Below, in pieces: positions 1 to 8,418 of a DNA stretch of 64,000 bases. The translations under genes were made by a program, and so were the position numbers. Below the pieces are notes generated by a model. The model did no database searches and was not told the DNA's origin. It saw only the letters and a list, made by a program, of their open reading frames with translations. The DNA is from a virus (Duplodnaviria > Caudoviricetes): the IMG/VR virus record IMGVR_UViG_3300013212_000088, positions 32,001 through 96,000 of that record, one strand, 5' to 3'. The first letter of the stretch is position 1. Each line of letters opens with the position of its first letter.

Positions 1-2971
1 TAAGTGTAGTTGCTCTTGAAACAGCAACTGTAGTACCATCATCAACAATTGCAGAATCAGCAAATTGTGCAGATGATGTTGTCCATTTTGGAACTGTGTT
101 GTTGGATAAAGATGCAGCATTTTTAAGTGAAAGTGTATGTACTGTGCCTTCACCAGTTGTTGCGCCAGTGGTTGCAATACCAGAGCCTGCTAAAACACTA
201 GCTACATAATCACCAGTAGTATCAGTACCTAATGCTACAGAGTTAGCACCAATAGTAAGTGCAACGTTTGAAACATCAGCAGTGCCATCAATTGAGAATG
301 AACCTGTAACATCTCCAGTCGCAAACGTTACTGTTCTAGATGCAATCCATTTTCCAGCTTGACCTGCTACAGTAGCAGTAGATGCATTACCAGAGAATGT
401 AGTTGCGGTAATTGTATTACCAAGGGCACTAACACCAGACAATACATATACAGGAGTGGATCCAATAGAAGCATTGCTTCTTGATCCAGTCATATAAATA
501 GTAGATGTGGTGTCAAGGGTTATGTTTGTATTTGCTGCGTTAGTAGCTGTGCCAGCAGATCCTGCTGTAACAGAAGTTCCAGCGCTTCCAGCAAAAGTTG
601 CAGTAGTCGCATTACCAGAGAATGTTGTTGCTGTTATTGTATTACCAAGTGCAGAAACACCTGAAAGAACATAAACTTGAGTAGAAGCAATACCAGTAGA
701 GGAACGTGAACCTAATAAATAAAGTGTGTTTGAAGTATCTGTAACAGTATTAACTGCAACAGCTGAACTTGCAATAGATGCAGTACCTGTTAAGTTAGCA
801 GTAATTGTTCCAGCAGAGAAGTTACCAGAGCTATCTCTGAATACTAATGTAGAAACAGTATTTGTAGCTGTAGCATTTGAGTTAACAGTAAATGTAGCAT
901 TTTCTGCTGCTGAACCAATAATTGATATACCGGAACCAGATGCTTGGACACTAGATACGTAGTTACCAGTTGTATCAGTGCCTAAAGCTACAGAATCTGC
1001 TGCAATTGTAAGTGCAACGTTACTTACGTTAGCAGATCCATCAATAGAGAAGGATCCTGTTACATCACCAGTAGCAAAAGTAACTGTTCTAGCATTAGTC
1101 CATGAAGAAGCAGAACCTGTAATTCTAGTAGCGTCAATTACACCAACTGTTCCAGAGAAAACTTCAGAAGTGTTTGTGCCATCAGGAATAAATGTAAAGA
1201 AGCCTGTAGAGTCATCAAATCCAAAGAAACCAGTCTTAGCTGTACCAGAGAAATACTTAAACTCAATACCACGATCTTTATTATCATCAGTACCTGGATT
1301 AGTACCACCAATTGCTCCACCAATGGACAAGATAGGGTCAACGATAGTAGATACAGTTGAGTCAACTGCTGTGGTAGTACCTTGGACAGTTAAGTTACCA
1401 GCAATTGTAAGGTTGTCATTAACGTTTACAGTTCCACCAGTAGAATCTAAGATAAGGTTACCTGTAGAAGTTGTAACTGTTCTGTCAACTAAATTAATCT
1501 GTACTGATCCAAAAGTTGCGCCAGCGGCTGCAAATAAACCAGCTGCATCTCTAAATACAAGTGTAGAGTTTGTATTGGTCGGTGTAGCATTTGAATCAAT
1601 CGTAAAGGCAGTACCTTCACCAGCAGCTCCAATTGTAGAAATACCGCTACCAGAAGTTGCAACGCTAGCTGCATAGTTACCTGTGGTATCAGTACCAAGG
1701 GCAACAGAGTTTGCGCCAATTGTAAGCGCTACATCAGTGACGTTAGCAGAACCATCGATTGAGAATGAACCAGTTACATCACCTGTTGCAAAAGTAACCG
1801 ATCTAGATGCAATCCACTTGCCAGCCTGACCAGCATTAACTGCAGTACCTGCAGCTCCAGCACTTCCAGCAGAAGTTGCAGTAGTCGCATTACCAGAGAA
1901 TGTTGTTGCTGTTATTGTATTACCAAGTGCAGAAACACCTGAAAGAACATAAACTGTAGTCCCAGCAAAACCAGTAGAGGAACGTGAGCCTAATAAATAA
2001 AGTGTATTAGAAGTGTCTGTGACTGTATTAATAACTTGTGAAGAAGTTGCTGTTCCGCTTAAGAAACCAAAAAAAGTTGTTGCGGTAATTGCTGTTCCCG
2101 AGATGTTTGTAGATGAAAGTGCAGTTAAACCAGCAATTGTTGTAGATGATGCACCTAAACTAATTGCAGTAGAGCCAACAGTTATGCTTGAATTGGTTAA
2201 AGAAGCATTAGGAATGTTTGTAGCACCAAAGGATGCAGAATCACCAGAAGCATTGACAAGTAATGTAATACCTGTTCCTGCAAGAAAAGTGAACGTATCC
2301 ATAGCTGCGTCAGGTTGGGCAATATTTGTACCATCTGAAAAATAGAAGAATGAGTTTGAAGCTGGAATATCACTTAAGAAAGCAAGAGTCTTACCAGTAC
2401 CAGCACCAGTACCGCCCTTAAATACGCTTTGGCTTGAATCGTAGAATAAAACACCAGCTACATTTGTATCAGCTACGCCAGCATTAAATCCAAGGTAATC
2501 TGTTTCAATTCTACCTAAAAATGGATCAAACCAAATCTTAGCTGTAGTTCCAGATCCACCACCATATGTAGCAGAAGGTAAATAGTTTGTAGTACCATTC
2601 CATCCACCAATTACTAAAACTGGATTTGTAGCAGAAGTGGCATAATTAAAAAGTGTTGCTCTTATACTCTGCCCTATACCGGTAGTATCTGGTATAGTAG
2701 GCGAGTTCCAATAGAAGTTTATTTGGGAAGCAGAATTTGCCGTAGCACCACCTGCTCCTGGCAAAATAACAATATCTTTATTACCACCAGAAGTTGGGCC
2801 TGCAGCTTGTTGAGCACCAAAAGCTGTGAAATTAAAAGATTCTGCTTGAGAAGTTTGTGTATTAGCTACTTCAACAATTTCTTCTTCAGGCTGATCAGAT
2901 AGATCTATAGCCATAAAATTTTTCTTTAACGAATCTAAAACTTTTTTTTGAAACTCTTCTTGACTTGCCAT
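1..2971 (-). CDS. Long tail-fibre/adhesin-like virion protein, partial (runs off window start; >=990 aa; absent from ORF track)
   Basis: ATG at 2971 with GGAGA SD; second in-frame ATG at 2914; my translation found no stop down to position 2. Begins MASQEEFQKKVLDSLKKNFMAIDLSDQ. G/S/T/A-rich with three copies of W..R.VTFATGDVTGSFSIDG.A.V..VALTI.A.SVALGTDTTG.Y and repeated VYVLSGVSALGNTITATTFSGNA. Confidence 0.8.
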   Translation of the reverse strand, partial: MASQEEFQKKVLDSLKKNFMAIDLSDQPEEEIVEVANTQTSQAESFNFTAFGAQQAAGPTSGGNKDIVILPGAGGATANSASQINFYWNSPTIPDTTGIGQSIRATLFNYATSATNPVLVIGGWNGTTNYLPSATYGGGSGTTAKIWFDPFLGRIETDYLGFNAGVADTNVAGVLFYDSSQSVFKGGTGAGTGKTLAFLSDIPASNSFFYFSDGTNIAQPDAAMDTFTFLAGTGITLLVNASGDSASFGATNIPNASLTNSSITVGSTAISLGASSTTIAGLTALSSTNISGTAITATTFFGFLSGTATSSQVINTVTDTSNTLYLLGSRSSTGFAGTTVYVLSGVSALGNTITATTFSGNATTATSAGSAGAAGTAVNAGQAGKWIASRSVTFATGDVTGSFSIDGSANVTDVALTIGANSVALGTDTTGNYAASVATSGSGISTIGAAGEGTAFTIDSNATPTNTNSTLVFRDAAGLFAAAGATFGSVQINLVDRTVTTSTGNLILDSTGGTVNVNDNLTIAGNLTVQGTTTAVDSTVSTIVDPILSIGGAIGGTNPGTDDNKDRGIEFKYFSGTAKTGFFGFDDSTGFFTFIPDGTNTSEVFSGTVGVIDATRITGSASSWTNARTVTFATGDVTGSFSIDGSANVSNVALTIAADSVALGTDTTGNYVSSVQASGSGISIIGSAAENATFTVNSNATATNTVSTLVFRDSSGNFSAGTITANLTGTASIASSAVAVNTVTDTSNTLYLLGSRSSTGIASTQVYVLSGVSALGNTITATTFSGNATTATFAGSAGTSVTAGSAGTATNAANTNITLDTTSTIYMTGSRSNASIGSTPVYVLSGVSALGNTITATTFSGNASTATVAGQAGKWIASRTVTFATGDVTGSFSIDGTADVSNVALTIGANSVALGTDTTGDYVASVLAGSGIATTGATTGEGTVHTLSLKNAASLSNNTVPKWTTSSAQFADSAIVDDGTTVAVSRATTL
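595..1955. repeat. 83-bp perfect direct repeat (595-677 and 1873-1955) inside the fibre gene
   Basis: Base-by-base identity at offset 1278 (AAGTTGCAGTAGTC...GAACATAAACT); downstream flanks differ mostly at synonymous sites. Confidence 0.9.
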
Positions 2972-2989
2972 ATTCATTCTCCAATTAAA

Positions 2990-3030
2990 TGTTTACTACG
3001 TGTTTACTACGTGTTTACTACGTGTTTACT
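2990..3030. repeat. Tandem repeat, 11-bp unit TGTTTACTACG x3.7
   Basis: Units at 2990, 3001 and 3012, partial unit at 3023; intergenic, just upstream of the fibre-gene SD. Confidence 0.95.
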
Positions 3031-3053
3031 TCTTGTATTTAAAGTTCGATTCC

Positions 3054-3827
3054 TTACTTTCTTAATTGCACAACTTCAATTTTGGTATCTTTTCTTTCAC
3101 CAACAATAAAATAATCAAATGAAATTATTGAATTATCGTTTTGCCCTATTTTTGAAACCGTAAAATAACCTGCTAATTGATTTTTAATGAATAAATTATA
3201 ATTTCCACGAGATGTTAAATGTATTGAATAATTATCTTCTACTAAATATGGCCAATAATCTGGTAGGAAAACCTCTACGTCTCCAATGCCAGATGCTGTT
3301 CCACGTTGATAAGCTCCGTGTTCTGGTCCTTCTAAAGATCCATGTTCTAATATTTTGTTTTTTGGGTCCATTGGGTGAGGTATTTTAAAGCTCTTTGTTA
3401 ATGCTTTAAAACTACCAGCCACTTGAACCATTGTGCCAGATTGTGTAATTAAAGAATCGCTAATTGTGTTATTATCTTGGAATAAAGCAATGGTTCCAGT
3501 AGTACCAGAACCAGAAACCAGAGATGAACCAGTTATATCAAAATTAATGATTCCAGAACTATATGTGATTGTAATTCCAGAACCAGAAGTAAGAGTTTTA
3601 TATTCTAATGTTGTTCCAGCGCCAACAACACCAATTAATGAATTTCCTGAACCAACAGAAGATAAACCAGTACCACCATTTAAAGTTGGAAGAGTGCCAT
3701 TTACCTGTGATTCTAATTGAATTTTAGTTGTAGATTTCCATGCAGTACCGTCCCATGTCCATGTTTTACCATTGGCTATGTGTGTACTTCCTATACTTGG
3801 GGATGATGGAAAATTAAGTGCTGCCAT
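3054..3827 (-). CDS. Virion structural/fibre-associated protein
   Basis: N-terminal NFPSSP..G.....GKTWTWDGTAW module typical of phage structural proteins; C-terminal KSFKIPHP...LEHGSLEGPEHG.Y.RG domain common at phage fibre C-termini (possibly chaperone-like). Confidence 0.65.
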   Translation of the reverse strand: MAALNFPSSPSIGSTHIANGKTWTWDGTAWKSTTKIQLESQVNGTLPTLNGGTGLSSVGSGNSLIGVVGAGTTLEYKTLTSGSGITITYSSGIINFDITGSSLVSGSGTTGTIALFQDNNTISDSLITQSGTMVQVAGSFKALTKSFKIPHPMDPKNKILEHGSLEGPEHGAYQRGTASGIGDVEVFLPDYWPYLVEDNYSIHLTSRGNYNLFIKNQLAGYFTVSKIGQNDNSIISFDYFIVGERKDTKIEVVQLRK

Positions 3828-3889
3828 AAATTACTCTGAAATTAAGGGGAAATCCATTTTCTTATTCTTATAAAAATACAAAATATCTT

Positions 3890-5428
3890 TTAATTTGAAT
3901 CTCTTCTTCTGTTCTCATTATCTTTAAATGATAAAAACCAACCCTTTCTTGCGGTAGCGTTAGCAGTGTCATAGTTTAATTTAAATCCAGGAAAAGAATC
4001 AAAATTATTAACTTTTGCCTTAACTAGAGTTGTTGGAGTAGATGAAGATCCATATGAAGCTACAAAAAATGGATTTGTGTTTATAGCTGAAAAGACTTTA
4101 GTTGTAGATGTATTGTGTGAAGAACCTATACTCACTGAAAACTGACCAAATGGAATAATAGAATATTTTTCAGATGACATTGTTGCTGATGCACCTGAAG
4201 ACAATGTTAAACTTGTATTAGTTGAAACAGATGAAATTGACCCGATCAAAGTATTGACACTGTTGTAAATAACATCTCCAGGATTTAAAGAAGAAAAAGC
4301 AGTTCCAGCGCCAGTTACTGCAGTTAATCCACTTGTAACCGACATTGTTCCTAAGCCATAATTGCTTTTTGGAGTTAACGACTTTACTGCAAAAAAAGAA
4401 ATACCTGTTGAATCACTTGATGGACTAAAGGTATTTGTTGTAGTAGTAGTTCCTATAGATCCAATAACTAAAGATGGAATAAAATCAGTTGTTGCAATTC
4501 CAGAAAGACCAGTAGATGTAGATGATGTGTAATTTTGCAAATCAAATATATTGGAAGATGGGCCTTTGATTGCCATATATAAAATTTGGCTTGTAGATAG
4601 GGAAAAGGTAGAAGTAAATGTTCCTGCAGAAGTAATCGTAAAGCCATCACTATCAAAAGAAGTTACACTAGCTGTTGTAATATTGTTTGTAGCATTTTCA
4701 TACATTGCAAAGCATTTATCATCATAAAAAGCTTGACTTACAGTTGTTCCAGAACCAGTCCCACCCCTCATTCTAAATACTGATGTGCTATTTTTTATTG
4801 TGCCAAATTTAGTTGCACAGCCGAAATTTAATCTTCCTTCATTTTGATTAGCATTATAAGAATATCCAGTACCAGCTGTCAAAATTAAATCTGGTGCAAA
4901 TGTCAATCCAGTTACAGTTCTCGTAGTACCATTAGTCAGGCCTGTATTTAAAAAACCAATATTTGCCTGTATGTCACTACCTGTAAAAAACACAAATACG
5001 ACATCTAAATTACTTGTTGATTCAATTGTGTTTGATAAAGTAAAATCAAGTTTATCTTGTCCAAATACAGGATTAGCAAATTGCCTAATTACAGTTCTAT
5101 CAGAAGATACAATTTCATAAATAAATCTAGTAATAGAGTTTCCAGAAACACTCTTAGTTACAACGGTAGATGCTACATTATGCGTCATGCCAAATACTGA
5201 AGTAAATGCTAAAAGTGATGTATTATTATCGGCAGACAATCCTATGAAACCAATTCCAAAAACCCTATTTGTAGAGCTTTCATCATAAGCATCATTGTCA
5301 CTTCCATTTGTGTAATAACAAATGGCAAATTTAGGTATTCCAAAACCAGGCGGAGTATAAATTGTCTCCGCTATATTAGTTGTAACACCACTTGGTGGAA
5401 ATCTTCTTCTAACTACGCAAGTCTTCAT
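3890..5428 (-). CDS. Putative virion structural protein (S/T/G-rich, beta-rich)
   Basis: 512-aa ORF within the structural block; VT/TGLTFAPDLIL and TSFDSDGFTIT motifs typical of phage tail-associated proteins. Confidence 0.55.
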   Translation of the reverse strand: MKTCVVRRRFPPSGVTTNIAETIYTPPGFGIPKFAICYYTNGSDNDAYDESSTNRVFGIGFIGLSADNNTSLLAFTSVFGMTHNVASTVVTKSVSGNSITRFIYEIVSSDRTVIRQFANPVFGQDKLDFTLSNTIESTSNLDVVFVFFTGSDIQANIGFLNTGLTNGTTRTVTGLTFAPDLILTAGTGYSYNANQNEGRLNFGCATKFGTIKNSTSVFRMRGGTGSGTTVSQAFYDDKCFAMYENATNNITTASVTSFDSDGFTITSAGTFTSTFSLSTSQILYMAIKGPSSNIFDLQNYTSSTSTGLSGIATTDFIPSLVIGSIGTTTTTNTFSPSSDSTGISFFAVKSLTPKSNYGLGTMSVTSGLTAVTGAGTAFSSLNPGDVIYNSVNTLIGSISSVSTNTSLTLSSGASATMSSEKYSIIPFGQFSVSIGSSHNTSTTKVFSAINTNPFFVASYGSSSTPTTLVKAKVNNFDSFPGFKLNYDTANATARKGWFLSFKDNENRRRDSN

Positions 5429-5431
5429 ATT

Positions 5432-8416
5432 TTAATATTCTTCTAAAAGACATTGGATTATAAAATTAGCATGAGCAGAATCGACAGCAGTATAATTAAC
5501 TCTTATTCTGTCTCCTGTTGCTGCAGTTCCATAACCAGAAGCAAAAGTTATCCAAGAAGTTTCACCAATACCACCTATAATTGAAAGATCTGCAGACATT
5601 ACATTTGTAGAGCTACCCGGTGATGATAAATTAAATCCTGAGTATGCTGTATGAGATCCAATACTTTTTTCTAACCTAATAGTGCTTGTACCAGATGATG
5701 TAACCCCTACTCCTAATACAATTTTTCTTATATTGTAATTAGTATAAGATAAGTTTTTGCCTTCTGGAACTCTAAGAATGTTATAATCAGTGCCAATACC
5801 AACAGGCGTAAAACCAGATGCTAAAGTTAATACAACAGGCCTACTATTATTGACAGTGATTGAACCGTTTCCGTTGACTACACTGATTCCAACTCCAGCA
5901 GATAAATTAGCTTTGGTTACTGCAGCTGTAACACTATTTCCAATCAAAAGCTGCCCGTCTGTATATGTTTGCTGTCCTGTCCCGCCATAATAAGCAGTAA
6001 CAGCATTACCAGCCCAAGTACCAGATGTTATAATTCCGTCTTTGTCTATTTTAAAAGTTACCGTTGATCCATCTTTTTTGTATACTAAAGCATCACCAGA
6101 TTGTGAACCTGAAAAACCTTTAAGTTGCAATACATTATCAGAATTGACCTGAGCAGTGACAGTTAATATATTAGTACTAGTAGAATAATCAACTCCAGCG
6201 GCATCTTTTACAGAAGAACCAGCTCCAGGATAATATGAGAATCTACCTGAAACACCTACAGCTACAGTACCCGCCCCTCCAGCAGACACTGTTCCCCAAT
6301 AAGGGTCTGAACCAGGGCCATTTGTTATTAGTGCCTGTCCAGAAGTTCCTGCAGTTAATTTATTTAATTGATTACTGGAATCACCATAAAGAATATCTCC
6401 ATGGGCATATGTTGTAAATCCAGTACCACCAGATCCAAAACCATTACCGCTTGATGTTTCTACCCATTGTGGATTAGTGCCATCAAAATAATAAATATAA
6501 AGATTGCCTTCTTCAGAGTCCCACCACAAAGTTCCGTATCTTGGAGATGCTGGAGGAACAACATCTATAATTACATCTCCAACATAAGTCCAGCCTAAAC
6601 CCGCAGATCCATCAGTATATAAAACTTGCAATCCCTGCCCATCATCAGCAGGCAGGCTGTATAGAACAGAATCAGTGGCAATAGATTTAAAGCCAGTGTA
6701 TTCTGAATTATCTGAATTATATAATTTTAGTTCAGATTGGTTATATAGATTTACACCATCAAAGAATGATTTTAATCCTTTAAAGTTTTGTGTAACTGTG
6801 GAAGCCATACCAGAAACAAACTCTGACGCATATGGCAAATTAAATGTGTGTGAAGATCCAATGGAAACAATATTAAATGTATTTCCAGAAAATCCAATAT
6901 CTAATGTCTGATCTGTAAGTAGTAAACCATTTAAACTAGTTATTCCTGAACCAGAACCTGGAAATGGGTCTCCTCCAGTTCCAGCAAATGTTTCTACCCA
7001 ATAGTATTCAACACCATCATAATAGTATATAAATAAACTACCATCAGTGCTGTCGTACCAAAGATCACCCACATACGGGCTTAAAGGAGGTGTTTCTCCA
7101 ATTGAAACACCTTTATCGATCCAAGTTAAGACGCCACTACCATCTGTAGCAAGAACCTGTCCACTTGTTCCTGTTCCGTTAGGTAATGTAAATGTTGTTG
7201 ATGCTGTGGCTGCTGATTTTAATCCACTATAATAAAGGTTAGAATCTGAATAAATCCTTACTTCTTTACCGTCTCTGACTAAAAGATTGTCATAAAAACT
7301 TTTAATTCCGCCAATAGATTGAGTAGTTCCAGTAATTAAACCTGAAACACCTATACCTGCATTTGGAATATTAAATGTGTGAGATGTGCCAGTAGAAGAT
7401 ATATTAAACTTGACACCAGATTGTCCAACTACTAATGTCTGAGCAACGCTGTCAAGATTATTTAAAGAAATTATTCCAGTTGTAGCTAAACCTGAAAACC
7501 AATTTAAGCCTGTATCTGTTGAGTTGTCAGCCCCTAAAAAGTAATTATTTGATCCAACAGGTAAAACAATTAGTGTTCCGCCTAATCCAACTAAAATATC
7601 GCCTTTTGTATAGCTTGTAAAACCTGTACCACCATATAATGTTTGTATGGCGTTTCCAGCCCAATCTCCAGAAGTTATAGTGCTTCCAGTGAGCGAGAAA
7701 GTGCTGTTATTTAATGTAAGTAAACTGCTACCACTATCCCAAGTAAATGAGTCAGATGAAGTGATATCATTTAAGCCAGTATAATAAGCAATTCCAGTTG
7801 TGTATCCTGTTCCTACACTCCCAGATCCAGTACCACCAGCACCAGCAGTAATTCCAAATCCGCCAACATATCTATAACCAGTAATATAATAAGGGGCTTT
7901 ATTTTTTGTTATTGTTGCTGATTGATTAGTAGTAGAAAATATTAAAATACCAGTCTGATAATCAAAATACCATTCTGAAGGATCAGTTTTTGTAATTTGA
8001 TTTCCATCTTTATCATATAATTTGATTTCATATCCTAAAGATGGAGACAAACCTAGCTGATCGTATTTATCACTAACCCAATTAAAAAGTCTGCCTGTTG
8101 CACCAGCGCCAACTAATTGGTTAGCAAAATTTTCGTTGCCAGCGCCGTTAAATATGGTAGCAAAGTATGTTAGGTCGTCTGAGACTGTAAGGTCTTTAAC
8201 TAAAGTGAGACCAGTACCGCCTGAATAATCGTAATATTGAAGAAGACCAGTAACACCAAAACCCGGAGGAACATCAGGTATTAAGTCAGCTTTAATATCA
8301 GTGTTATGAATGTCAAGAGATCTAGCCCCAATCTCTTCAAACACCTTGTTAGTAGTCCAAGTAACTCTTTTGCTACTTAACTTTTTAAAGCTAATATCTT
8401 CTTTGGACCAGGACAT
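5432..8416 (-). CDS. Large virion structural protein with internal tandem duplication
   Basis: 994 aa; N-terminal WYFDYQTGILIF domain; GGTG repeats; about 175-aa block duplicated (about 6455-7475), each copy ending in PP.SP..G.LW.DS..G.L.IYY.DG...WVET. Confidence 0.7.
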   Translation of the reverse strand: MSWSKEDISFKKLSSKRVTWTTNKVFEEIGARSLDIHNTDIKADLIPDVPPGFGVTGLLQYYDYSGGTGLTLVKDLTVSDDLTYFATIFNGAGNENFANQLVGAGATGRLFNWVSDKYDQLGLSPSLGYEIKLYDKDGNQITKTDPSEWYFDYQTGILIFSTTNQSATITKNKAPYYITGYRYVGGFGITAGAGGTGSGSVGTGYTTGIAYYTGLNDITSSDSFTWDSGSSLLTLNNSTFSLTGSTITSGDWAGNAIQTLYGGTGFTSYTKGDILVGLGGTLIVLPVGSNNYFLGADNSTDTGLNWFSGLATTGIISLNNLDSVAQTLVVGQSGVKFNISSTGTSHTFNIPNAGIGVSGLITGTTQSIGGIKSFYDNLLVRDGKEVRIYSDSNLYYSGLKSAATASTTFTLPNGTGTSGQVLATDGSGVLTWIDKGVSIGETPPLSPYVGDLWYDSTDGSLFIYYYDGVEYYWVETFAGTGGDPFPGSGSGITSLNGLLLTDQTLDIGFSGNTFNIVSIGSSHTFNLPYASEFVSGMASTVTQNFKGLKSFFDGVNLYNQSELKLYNSDNSEYTGFKSIATDSVLYSLPADDGQGLQVLYTDGSAGLGWTYVGDVIIDVVPPASPRYGTLWWDSEEGNLYIYYFDGTNPQWVETSSGNGFGSGGTGFTTYAHGDILYGDSSNQLNKLTAGTSGQALITNGPGSDPYWGTVSAGGAGTVAVGVSGRFSYYPGAGSSVKDAAGVDYSTSTNILTVTAQVNSDNVLQLKGFSGSQSGDALVYKKDGSTVTFKIDKDGIITSGTWAGNAVTAYYGGTGQQTYTDGQLLIGNSVTAAVTKANLSAGVGISVVNGNGSITVNNSRPVVLTLASGFTPVGIGTDYNILRVPEGKNLSYTNYNIRKIVLGVGVTSSGTSTIRLEKSIGSHTAYSGFNLSSPGSSTNVMSADLSIIGGIGETSWITFASGYGTAATGDRIRVNYTAVDSAHANFIIQCLLEEY

Positions 8417-8418
8417 TT

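Noticed and set aside
595-2010. DGR template/variable repeat pair
   Set aside because: Both copies are in-frame parts of one gene, differences are mostly synonymous, and no reverse transcriptase is present.
726-2345. Plus-strand ORFs 726-962, 978-1676 and 2013-2345
   Set aside because: Antisense shadows of the minus-strand fibre gene; no SD, and composition mirrors the opposite strand.
2942-2949. A8 tract as a phase-variation switch in the fibre gene
   Set aside because: Such tracts are common at this AT content, and a downstream in-frame ATG could bypass it.
2990-3030. Possible CRISPR mini-array
   Set aside because: Units are 11 bp and contiguous with no spacers; no cas genes.
3044-3053. 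GTTCGATTCC, a tRNA T-loop-like motif
   Set aside because: No T-stem pairing and no cloverleaf.
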